From Fidelibacterota bacterium (lineage in GTDB: Bacteria; Fidelibacterota; Marinisomatia; Marinisomatales; JABMOV01): a DNA stretch of 34,944 nt. The stretch is taken from contig JBHHUC010000021.1 in NCBI GenBank assembly GCA_046861395.1, positions 1-34,944 on the forward strand, written 5' to 3'. Shown in pieces: positions 1-9,200 of this stretch (position 1 is the first letter of the stretch; every line of letters starts with the position of its first letter). A model generated the notes under the pieces. It was not told where the DNA came from. It did not search any database and was given only the letters and a program-made list of their open reading frames with translations. Both the position numbers and the translations under genes were made by a program.

Positions 1-1
1 T

Positions 2-75
2 GGGCGATTAGCTCAGTTGGTCAGAGCGCTGTCTTCACACGGCAGAGGTCGGCAGTTCGAGCCTGCCATCGCCCA
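2..75 (+). tRNA. tRNA-Val, anticodon CAC; 3' CCA not encoded
   Basis: Acceptor stem GGGCGAT (2-8)/ATCGCCC (68-74); D arm after TAGCTCAG-TTGG; anticodon stem CTGTC/GGCAG with loop TT-CAC-AC (anticodon 36-38); T arm GGCAG-TTCGAGC-CTGCC; discriminator A75 followed by CTC. Confidence 0.96.
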
Positions 76-408
76 CTCACAAGCAACGGATCTTGCGTGC
101 TTGAATGTATGTACGCCTGACCATGCGGACACTACCGAACCGGAAGAACCTATGAATAGGTAAGGTATGATTGTAATCCATAGATATTCCACTCCTGCGG
201 AGTGCGAACAATTTTCAGCCATATACAATTTCTTACTTCGTCCCGATACATATTAAGACTCCCCGGAACGGGTAAAACTTCGGGTGGGCTAGAGCCTAAA
301 ATTCTACGGTCGTATTCGTAGGATTTCATCCTTTTGAAAAGCGGCGGTAGTTTTCTTTGGCATTACAACCATAAAACCGGACCAGAAAGGACACTTCAAC
401 GGCGATCC

Positions 409-972
409 ATGACATCCTTCACCAAAGAATACGATGAAATCGGTTTGGTGCTTTTTGAACGTAGCCGGCGAGCCCGAAATATGAATATATCCGTACGTCC
501 CTTTAAGGGCGTTCGCGTCGCTGTTCCCGACGGTGTGCCTTTCCGGCTGGCCGAAAAAATGGTTCTGGCTAAAAAGCTCTGGATCATCAGAAAAATTAAT
601 CAACTGAAGGAAAAGGAACGGCGAATCCGGGATTTGCAGCCCCAGATTTCCCTCAGGGATGCCACAGCAATCCTGGCGAGGCGGGTAGCGGAATTGGCTG
701 CCGAACACGGGTTTACTTATGGAAAGGTAACGGCAAGACAAATGACCAGTCGCTGGGGAAGCTGCTCCCCAGAGAAAAATATCAGTCTGAACATCATGCT
801 GCTGAAATTACCTTCAGTACTTCGTGACTACGTGATACTACATGAACTGGTTCATACGGTGCATAAGAATCATGGTGTACGGTTTTGGACGACGTTGAGC
901 GATATCTGCGGTGTGGCCAACGCCAGGCATTTACAGCGTCAGCTCAACCAGTTCGGGAATGGGGAGTTGTAA
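409..972 (+). CDS. YgjP/DUF45 (SprT-like, M48-related) zinc metalloprotease-family protein
   Basis: Motifs RWGSCS, ISLN and DYVILHELVH...NHG.RFW. ATG at 409 preferred over the track's TTG at 334. Confidence 0.85.
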   Translation: MTSFTKEYDEIGLVLFERSRRARNMNISVRPFKGVRVAVPDGVPFRLAEKMVLAKKLWIIRKINQLKEKERRIRDLQPQISLRDATAILARRVAELAAEHGFTYGKVTARQMTSRWGSCSPEKNISLNIMLLKLPSVLRDYVILHELVHTVHKNHGVRFWTTLSDICGVANARHLQRQLNQFGNGEL

Positions 973-1210
973 TTCCGGTTCCAGCGTAAAGTAACGGATT
1001 ACGGTAGGTTGGTTTTTATGCCTGTAAGATGTTTTGTTTTATTAAGGGTCGACAGTCGCAATATTATGGTAAATATTATAAGAAAATTTGGATCTTATAA
1101 AGGAAGGTAATTGTTCAAACGAGAGGATTGAGTGACAGGAACACTCCTTCGAAATCGGAGTGAATCAGAAACGTGGTTGGGTGCAAAACACCTTTACAGG
1201 CAGGCGTAAC

Positions 1211-1639
1211 CTAGAATTCATCATCCTCATTCCAACCATAAGCGGCGGTTTTAATCTTAAGAACATAACTGTCATTACCGTCGGATTCATACCGGACTTT
1301 CACGCCGTCGGGATAGCTGGCATCGCCGCTATAGATGAAATCCACGGTATTGGCATCAACGGACTGGATGCTCCATTCATCGGGAAACTGATCCAATAAA
1401 ACAGTAAAATCGGTAATGTGACTGCCTTTGGGATAGGATTTATATCCTGTTTCAAGAATGGTGTTGGAGGCCTTTAACTCTAGGGCCGATTTCAGGTTTC
1501 CAACAAAGGCTTGGACATGGGCCTTGTGGGCATCGGATGTAAAATCAAAAAAGCGGGGTACGATGACGGATGCTAAAATACCCAGAATAACCATAACCAT
1601 TATTAATTCGATTAAGGTAAAACCGTGTTCACGTTTCAT
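1211..1639 (-). CDS. Type IV pilin / pseudopilin with class III (prepilin) signal peptide
   Basis: MKREHG|FTLIELIMVMVILGILASVIVPRF: G|F cleavage, E5, hydrophobic helix, P22. ATG 1639 chosen because ATG 1675 is only about 5 nt from the predicted sigma-54 start site. Confidence 0.88.
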   Translation of the reverse strand: MKREHGFTLIELIMVMVILGILASVIVPRFFDFTSDAHKAHVQAFVGNLKSALELKASNTILETGYKSYPKGSHITDFTVLLDQFPDEWSIQSVDANTVDFIYSGDASYPDGVKVRYESDGNDSYVLKIKTAAYGWNEDDEF

Positions 1640-1690
1640 ATTGTTTGCTCTTTCAATTTTTTCATAATGATTCATACTGTCTGCTATATG

Positions 1691-1706
1691 TGCAAAGGAC
1701 GTGCCA
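1691..1706 (-). promoter_or_regulatory. Sigma-54 (-24/-12) promoter of the pilin gene
   Basis: Minus strand reads TGGCAC-GTCCT-TTGCA, an exact match to TGGCAC-N5-TTGCW, about 50 nt upstream of the pilin ATG and in the correct orientation. Confidence 0.8.
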
Positions 1707-2079
1707 AATTACTGCCATGAGGGACGGCAGCGATTTATTTTCCCCAAGGAGTCAAATTATTACAATCCGGTGTTTCAATCCTGGTCACCGGCCAGGGAAG
1801 AGATGGCATTATATTCTCACTTCATCCCAGTCTGCCATAAAATATAGGTCTGATACTGTACCCCATAAAATCAGATTGTGCCGGGATGAAGCGATTCCTG
1901 AGTCTACGCGGGGCAGGGATGAGACCGGGGCCCGAAAAGGGAGAGAAAGGGATTGGGATATTAAACTCTTAATTTGTATTTTTTCTTTTCGGGGAAGACA
2001 TTTTCCCCGGGGTTACCGGTCTGTCTCCGACCATCATTCGTCGGGAAAACAAGTCGTGCCGGGACGATAAAATCGCGTC

Positions 2080-2658
2080 ATGAAATCGCAACTGATTCAC
2101 AAAGAAATATTGCCCTTCCTGGCCCTGTTTGGGAGCCTGATTCTGGCCACCATTGCCGGCGATGTTTTCCTGCACCGCTACGATCTGGTCTGGGTGGGAC
2201 GCTGGCTGGGAATTCCCGGTGTTCTATCGATTCTACTGTCTTTTGTCTATTCCCTGCGAAAACGAAAAATCATCTCTTACGGAAAACCCCGGACCTGGCT
2301 GACGGTGCATGAAATTTTCACTCTTCTGGGTGCCCTCCTCATTCTGATCCATGCCGGAATTCATTTCTATGCCGTTCTGCCCTGGCTGGCGTTGCTGGCC
2401 ATGCTGATCAATATTATCAGCGGCATCACCGGTTCCTGGCTGCTGGCTCGTTCCCGTCGCCGCCTGGCCGGTAGTAAAAAAATCTATAAGAATCAGGGTT
2501 TGTCACCGGAAGAAATCGAGCGGCGGCTGTTTTGGGATACTACATCCTTTGCCCTGATGAAAAAATGGCGGGCCGTCCATTTGCCCATTACGGTCACCTT
2601 TGCCGGCCTCAGCCTGATTCATATTCTCACCATTTTCCTGTTCTGGAGCTGGAAGTGA
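2080..2658 (+). CDS. Integral membrane protein with four intramembrane His (ferric-reductase-like / cytochrome b-like)
   Basis: About 5 hydrophobic segments; WLTVH...LILIH and WRAVH...LSLIH His pairs 14 residues apart; stop overlaps the cytochrome c start (GTGA). Confidence 0.65.
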   Translation: MKSQLIHKEILPFLALFGSLILATIAGDVFLHRYDLVWVGRWLGIPGVLSILLSFVYSLRKRKIISYGKPRTWLTVHEIFTLLGALLILIHAGIHFYAVLPWLALLAMLINIISGITGSWLLARSRRRLAGSKKIYKNQGLSPEEIERRLFWDTTSFALMKKWRAVHLPITVTFAGLSLIHILTIFLFWSWK

Positions 2659-3410
2659 GCCACCGCTATTCTCTGCCGGCGATGGCCGGGATTGTCCTGC
2701 TTGCCGCCTTGACTGTGGCCAGGCCCCGGGTCATGATCAGTCCGGGTGACGTCATCGCCGATCATGGTAAGGTGGCCTCCGACTGTTTGGCCTGTCACAC
2801 TCCCTTCCGGGGCAGTACGGCCGGGAAATGTCAGGCATGTCATCCCGTGGCGGACATCGGCCGGAACCCGGCTTCCGATCGCGGGAAGCAAAACTTGGCC
2901 TTTCATCAGGCCCTGGTTGAGGATAATTGCGTGGCCTGTCACAGTGACCACCAGGGTGTTTCCGCTTTTCGTCCCCGGAGCACCTTTTCCCATGCCTTGC
3001 TCCAGGCCGACCTCCGGCAACGATGTGAAGATTGTCATGCCCGGTCTGATGATGATGTGCACCTGGTGATGAAAGGGAATTGCAGTCTCTGTCATGAGCA
3101 GGAGGCCTGGCGTCCGGCCACCTTCGATCATGATCGTTATTTCCGCTTCGACCGCGACCATCAGACCACCTGTATTACCTGTCATATTGAGAATGATTAT
3201 CAGACATTTACCTGTTACGGTTGCCACGAACACACGCCGCGAAATATTCGTGGCGAACATATTGAGGAAGGTATTTATACCTACGATGATTGTGCCCAAT
3301 GTCATCGCAGTGCCGACGAAGATGAGGCAAAGCGGCGGTGGCGTTCCCAGTCCGGTACCGGGTACGACGGCCCAGCGGATCATTCCGATCATGGCGATGA
3401 TCATGACTGA
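2655..3410 (+). CDS. Octaheme cytochrome c (class III-like), N-terminal signal/anchor
   Basis: Eight CxxCH motifs (CLACH, CQACH, CVACH, CEDCH, CSLCH, CITCH, CYGCH, CAQCH); hydrophobic N-terminus from GTG 2655; His/Asp-rich tail. Confidence 0.9.
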   Translation: MSHRYSLPAMAGIVLLAALTVARPRVMISPGDVIADHGKVASDCLACHTPFRGSTAGKCQACHPVADIGRNPASDRGKQNLAFHQALVEDNCVACHSDHQGVSAFRPRSTFSHALLQADLRQRCEDCHARSDDDVHLVMKGNCSLCHEQEAWRPATFDHDRYFRFDRDHQTTCITCHIENDYQTFTCYGCHEHTPRNIRGEHIEEGIYTYDDCAQCHRSADEDEAKRRWRSQSGTGYDGPADHSDHGDDHD

Positions 3411-3508
3411 AGGAAGGGTCGGAGGTGAAGAACGCTATTTTTTTTCCGGAACTTTTTGCATTGTTGTTACTATGAGAATTCCAGTATTTTCCACGCTGTC
3501 ACACAATT

Positions 3509-3928
3509 ATGCTACGATCCATCAGACATAAATCAATCCTGGCCGTTTTCGCCTTGTTCACCGTATTGCTTACCGGCAGTCAGGGAGCCATTCTGTCTCC
3601 CATTGTCGCCTGTATCGAATCCGATGGTGACATGCATGTCGAAACACTGTGTTTTTCCTGCACCCATGGAACGACCGGGTATGAGCGGCCGGTGGCACCC
3701 GATCCCTGCTGTGAATGTGTTGACCTTCCTCTGTGGCCCGAAACGCCGGACCACAATCAAGCCCTGTCGGCCATTGCTCAGCCGGTGCCCGGCAGTGCCA
3801 TCATGCAGACCGTTACGATAGGTCAGGTGGTAACCGAACCGTCATTGCGGTCCCGCTTTCATTATATTGCCCCTCGCGTCATATCACAGAGTCAGACCAT
3901 CCTGGAAGCGGTCCGACTGCTGATTTAG
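3509..3928 (+). CDS. Small exported Cys/His-rich protein leading the efflux operon (CzcI/DUF2946-like)
   Basis: Signal-like N-terminus; CIESDGDMHVE, CFSCTH, CCECVD; C-terminal VRLLI; first ORF before the TolC-type gene. Confidence 0.6.
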   Translation: MLRSIRHKSILAVFALFTVLLTGSQGAILSPIVACIESDGDMHVETLCFSCTHGTTGYERPVAPDPCCECVDLPLWPETPDHNQALSAIAQPVPGSAIMQTVTIGQVVTEPSLRSRFHYIAPRVISQSQTILEAVRLLI

Positions 3929-4014
3929 ACTCCTTTTCCTTTCCCCCTTACTCACCTGAATCTTCCGTCATTCATGACGGTAAATCCATTTTCATTCATG
4001 AAAGAAATGATCCT

Positions 4015-5211
4015 ATGCATCATCGATATATATTCATATTTATGGCCGCTATCACGGCCGGTCTGGCGCAGGAGCGGGTACTGACCTATCCGGAGCTGGA
4101 AGTCCGGATCCTGCAACAGAACAACACGCTGAAAGCTTTAGAAAAACAAGTCGCAGCCGCGGAAAGTATGGTACTGCAATCCCGTCTGCGCCTGAACCCC
4201 GAACTGGATCTGTTGTCCGGTGAAGGAGGCGAACCGGAGACGGTGGCGGAATTGAGCCAGACCCTGGAATTGAGAGGCAAACGGCCGAAACGCACCCGCG
4301 TGGCGGAACTGGAACTGGAAAAAACACGTCTGGACTTCACGATCCGGAAGCTGGCCATCCTCCAGGAAGCCCGTTCCGCCTACATTGATATTTTACAGGC
4401 CCAGCGGGTCGTGGTTCTGAAGGAAGAAACCGTGGCCATTGCCGAACAGTTTCTGGCCCTGGTCGAAGAACGGGTCAAGGCCGGACGCCTGTCGCCGGTG
4501 GAAGTGGCCCGCGCCAAGATTGAACTGGCCAACCACAATGTGGCGCTGAATCGTGCCCGGCGGGAACTGAACAACCGGTGGCGCCAGCTGGCGGCCTTCT
4601 GGGGAACCACCGTGGCCGAATATTCCCGGGCGGAGGGGAATCTGGACAGCGTTATCGTCTTGCCGCCGGAAGAAACCCTGGTGCTACAAATCACCACCTC
4701 CCCCCGTTATAAAATAAAAGACATCGACAAGGAGATTCAGCGGGCCACCCTGGACCTGGCCGAAGCCAACCGCATCCCCGACATCGCCCTGAATGCCGGC
4801 TTCAGTAAAACACCGGACACGGGCCAGACCATTTACGGCGGCATCTCCGTACCGTTACCGCTTTTCAACCGGAATCAGGGGGCGATTCAATCGGCCCTAT
4901 TTTCCTTGGAACAGGTGGAGGCAGAATCCCAGGCCCTGAAAATCGAATTGCAGACGGAATTGACCGCCCTGTATTCCAAAGCCCTCATTGTCCTGGATGA
5001 AATCATTGCCCTGCGCAATACCATTTTACCGGAAGCCCAGAAAGTCTATCAGATTATCAATGACGGGTATTTACAGGGGAAATACGGCTTCCTGGATGTG
5101 GTGGATGCCCGTCGCACCCTGTACCAGGCCCAGGAAAATTATTTATCCGTTCTGGCGGATTTTCAGAAAGCCGTGGCCCGGATGGAATTCCTGCTGGGGC
5201 ATTCATTTTAG
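4015..5211 (+). CDS. czcC: TolC-family outer membrane efflux protein (CzcC-like)
   Basis: Signal peptide from ATG 4015; LSQTLELRGKR, ISVPLPLFNRNQG and GYLQGKYGFLDVVDARR OEP motifs; operon context. Confidence 0.85.
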   Translation: MHHRYIFIFMAAITAGLAQERVLTYPELEVRILQQNNTLKALEKQVAAAESMVLQSRLRLNPELDLLSGEGGEPETVAELSQTLELRGKRPKRTRVAELELEKTRLDFTIRKLAILQEARSAYIDILQAQRVVVLKEETVAIAEQFLALVEERVKAGRLSPVEVARAKIELANHNVALNRARRELNNRWRQLAAFWGTTVAEYSRAEGNLDSVIVLPPEETLVLQITTSPRYKIKDIDKEIQRATLDLAEANRIPDIALNAGFSKTPDTGQTIYGGISVPLPLFNRNQGAIQSALFSLEQVEAESQALKIELQTELTALYSKALIVLDEIIALRNTILPEAQKVYQIINDGYLQGKYGFLDVVDARRTLYQAQENYLSVLADFQKAVARMEFLLGHSF

Positions 5212-5237
5212 CCAATAAACCATTGAAGGAGTAGAGA

Positions 5238-6224
5238 GTGAAGAAAAGTCACATCATTATTATTATCGGGCTGTCCGTCACCCTGACGTTCACCCTGACC
5301 ATGCTGTGGGATGTATACCGCGGTGCCGATCATGAGTCGTCCATAATGGAAGAAGACCATGACGACCATGCCGGAGAGGAAGACCATGATGAAGAAGCAC
5401 CGGTGGTGGCCCTGAGCCCGGAAGAATTAAAGGAATTTGATGCCGCCATCGAAACGGCCGGCCCCGGTCTGTTGACCATCCACCGCGATCTGGCCGGTGA
5501 AATTGTGGCGGATCCGGACCGGCTGGCCCACATTGGTCCCCGCTTTCCCGGCATTGTAAAGGAAGTGCGGAAAAAACTGGGACAACGGGTGAAACAGGGC
5601 GAAGTCCTGGCCATCGTTGAAAGCAATGAAAGTATGACTCCCTATGAGATCCGATCCCTGATCGACGGGACCATCATTGAAATGCATCTGACGGAAGGTG
5701 AAATGATCAGCGGGGATAATGATCATGCCTTCCTGATTGCCGATTTATCGGAAGTCTGGGCCAATCTGACGGTGTACCAGAAAGATTTACCCTACATCAA
5801 AATCGGACAGACGGCGGAAATCACCATGGGACCGGGCCTTCCTCCGGCGCGCGGGACGATTTCATATATCAGTCCCGTGCTGGATGAACATACCCGTACC
5901 GCCACGGCCCGGGTTGTCCTGCCCAATCCCGACGGCGAATGGCGTCCCGGTCTCTTCGTAACCAGCGTGGTGGAAATCGACACTCGCACCGTCGATATTC
6001 TTGTGCCGCGCACGGCCCTGGAAACCTATCAGGGACAAACAATTGTATTCGTGGAAACGGACGACAGATTCCGGCCGCAACCGGTGAAAATCAGGCGCAG
6101 CAGCCGCACCGCCGTGGAAATCATCGACGGTCTCAGGGCGGGACAGAACTATGTTGTGCGTAACGGCTTCACGTTGAAGGCTGAGCTGGAAAAAGATTCC
6201 TTCAGCGGCGGTCACGCGCACTAA
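5238..6224 (+). CDS. czcB: RND periplasmic adaptor (CzcB-like) with His/acidic metal-binding stretch
   Basis: N-terminal TM; EEDHDDHAGEEDHDEE; lipoyl-like VKQGEVLAIVES; ISPVLDEHTRT..ARV, WRPGLFV; C-terminal GGHAH. Confidence 0.88.
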   Translation: MKKSHIIIIIGLSVTLTFTLTMLWDVYRGADHESSIMEEDHDDHAGEEDHDEEAPVVALSPEELKEFDAAIETAGPGLLTIHRDLAGEIVADPDRLAHIGPRFPGIVKEVRKKLGQRVKQGEVLAIVESNESMTPYEIRSLIDGTIIEMHLTEGEMISGDNDHAFLIADLSEVWANLTVYQKDLPYIKIGQTAEITMGPGLPPARGTISYISPVLDEHTRTATARVVLPNPDGEWRPGLFVTSVVEIDTRTVDILVPRTALETYQGQTIVFVETDDRFRPQPVKIRRSSRTAVEIIDGLRAGQNYVVRNGFTLKAELEKDSFSGGHAH

Positions 6225-6241
6225 GCGCCGGGAGAATTATC

Positions 6242-9200
6242 ATGAAAAAAATCATTCAATTTGTCATGACAAATCGCATGCTGATGCTGGCCTTGGGGGT
6301 GTTGGTCCTGGCTTTCGGATATTTTTCCTATCGCCAACTGCCCATCGATGCCTTCCCTGACGTGTCACCGTCCCTGGTGCAGGTATTTACCGTCACGGAA
6401 GGTCTGGCTCCGGAAGAGGTGGAAAAATATGTCACCTATCCCGTGGAAGTGGCCATGAACGGTCTGCCGAACTTGGACCATATCCGGTCCGTCTCCAATT
6501 TCGGGCTATCGGTCGTTAACGTATATTTCAAGGATGGCACCGATGTCTACTTCGCCCGTCAATTGGTGAACGAGCGGCTCCAGGAAGCCCGGGAGCAGAT
6601 TCCGGAAGGATTCGGCGAACCGGAGATGGGTCCTATTTCAACCGGGATGGGACTGATTCTTTTTTATTATCTTGAGGATGAATCGGGCCAATACTCCCTG
6701 ACCGAATTACGCACCATTCAAGATTGGCTGATCAAGACCCAGCTGCAAACCTTTCCCGGCGTGACGGAAGTTTTGGGGATCGGTGGCTGGGAGAAGCATT
6801 TTCAGGTCACCATCGATCCCGCCGCCCTCTTGCGCTACGATGTCACCGTCAATGACATTGTAGCCAAAATCGAGGCCAATAATCTCAACGTAGGCGCCCA
6901 GTTCATTGAAAAGAATTCGGAAGAATTCCTGGTCCGTAGTGTGGGCCTGGCATCCCGGGCCGAGGATATTGAAAATATCGTCATCAAGGCTGAAGATGGG
7001 GTTCCCATTTACCTGAAACAGCTGGCGGACATCAATATCGGTGGCGCCATTCGCCGGGGGGTTCAGACCCGTAACGGGGTTCAGGAAGTGGTGGCAGGCA
7101 TGGTGGTCAAACTCTTCGGCACCAATTCCTCCACCGTCATCGATGCCGTGGAAGAAAAACTGGCGGAAATCAACGGCATTCTCCCGGAGGGCATCAAACT
7201 GGTGCCCTACTATGAGCAAAAAACGCTGGTGGAAGCATCCGTAAGCACGGTGACCGATGCCCTGTTGGAAGGCATCATCCTGGTGGCGGTAATTCTGTTT
7301 GTCTTTCTAGGCGCCTTCCGGCCCAGCCTGGTGGTGGCCATTGCCATTCCCTTTTCGGTCCTGTTCGCCATGATCGGAATGCGGTTTTTCGGCCTGTCGG
7401 CCAATCTCATGTCCTTCGGCGGTCTGGCCATTGCCATCGGGATGCTGGTGGACGGCAGTGTGGTAATCGTGGAAAATGTGGATCGCATGCTCCATGAATC
7501 GGATCCCAAGGAACCATTTATTCATATCATCGCCCGGGCCTGCATGGAAGTTATCAAACCCATTACATTTGCCATCATGATCATCATTGTGGTTTTCCTG
7601 CCCCTGTTTACCTTACAGGGCGTGGAGGGGAAAACATTTCGTCCCCTGGCCTATACCATTGCCATGGCCATGTTCGGGGCGCTGGTTTTCAGTGTGTTCA
7701 TCACACCGGCACTGGCCTCGGTTCTCATGCGTCGTCCCAAATCACCGGCGGCAGACAGTGAAGAGAACAATCATCCGCTGGTCTTGCGCTTGCTGTTGAA
7801 AGTCTACCGTCCCGTCGTCGTCTTTTTCGTCAAGATGCGTTCCCTGGCCATCGCTCTGGCGCTGGCCCTGATTACCGTGGGCATCATGATCTTTCCCCGC
7901 CTGGGATCGGAATTCACACCCACACTTCAGGAAGGAACCATGCTGTTGCGGTTGACCATGTCCCCCTCCATTTCCCTCAAGGAAAGCACGCAAACCACCA
8001 TGATGGTGGAACGGCGGCTATTGGAAATCCCGGAAGTCATAGGGGCCGTATCGCGCATCGGCCGGGGTGAAGTGGGCGCCCATTCCGAACCGGTGAATAA
8101 TGCTGAAATGTTCGTGATCCTGAAGCCCAAGGACCAGTGGCGGACTCAGGACCAGGAAGAGCTGGTCCAGATGATCCGGGAGGAGCTGGGCAATGTTCCC
8201 GGCGTCCTGACCAATTTTTCCCAACCCATTCAGGCCACGGTGGATGAACTCATTTCCGGCATCAAGGCCGAACTGGCCATTAAATTGTTCGGCGATGACC
8301 TGACCACGCTGAAGGCCAAGGCCGATGAAATTGTCACCGTCCTGCAGACCGTACCCGGCGCCACGGAAGTTCAGGCCGATCAGGTCTTCGGTCGTCCCCA
8401 GTTGCAGATCCGTATCGATCGCCATGCCATTTCCCGCTACGGCATCAATGTGGAAGATGTACAGCAGGTCGTCCAGACGGCGGTAGGCGGCGAAAAGTCA
8501 GGCCAGATCTTCGAAGGCATTCGCCGGTTTGACATTTATGTCCGCTTTGCCGAAGCGTTTCGCAATACGCCCGAAGCCATTGGTAATCTCCTCATCCAGG
8601 CGCCCAACGGAGCCATGGTGCCCCTGGCCCAGCTGGCCGTGATCGATCATGTGATCGGGCCCCGCCAGATCATGCGGGAAAACAATCAGCGTTTCATTAC
8701 CATTCAATGCAATGTGGCGGACCGCGATATCGGTAGTTTTGTGGCCGAGGCCCAGGCCGCCATCGATGCCAGCATGGAATTGCCCCCCGGTTACCTGATT
8801 TCCTGGGAAGGACAGTTCCGGCTGCAGCAGGAAGCCAATAAACGGCTGGCCGTGGTCATTCCCATTACCCTGCTCATCATTTTCATGCTGCTGTTTTCCA
8901 GTTTCAATTCCCTGAAGAATACCTTGCTGATTCTCCTGAACATTCCCCTGGCCCTGGTGGGCGGCATTGTGGCCCTGTGGCTCAGCGGACAAAACCTGTC
9001 CGTACCGGCCTCGGTGGGTTTCATTGCCCTGTTTGGAATTGCCCTGTTGAACGGCATTGTCCTGGTGACCTACATCAATCAATTGGTGCGGGAAGGCCTG
9101 GATCTGGACCAGGCCTGTATCCGCGGCGCATTGTTGCGTTTCCGTCCGGTCCTCATGACGGCCCTGGCGGCCGCTTTGGGCATGATTCCCCTGTTACTGT

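Noticed and set aside
299..326. Hairpin AAATTCTACG...CGTAGGATTT resembling a Cas12a repeat
   Set aside because: Single copy with no spacers or cas genes; no CRISPR array seen anywhere in the window.
1645..2070. 141-aa ORF in the pilin/cytochrome intergenic region
   Set aside because: No motifs or RBS, and it overlaps the sigma-54 promoter; more likely regulatory DNA.
2619..3404. Long antisense ORFs (also 14870-15832, 8498-9082, 9736-10332, 20290-20853)
   Set aside because: Shadow frames opposite well-supported genes, with no recognisable motifs.
3733..4014. N-terminal extension of the TolC ORF in the track
   Set aside because: Overlaps the 3509-3928 gene; a signal peptide begins at ATG 4015.
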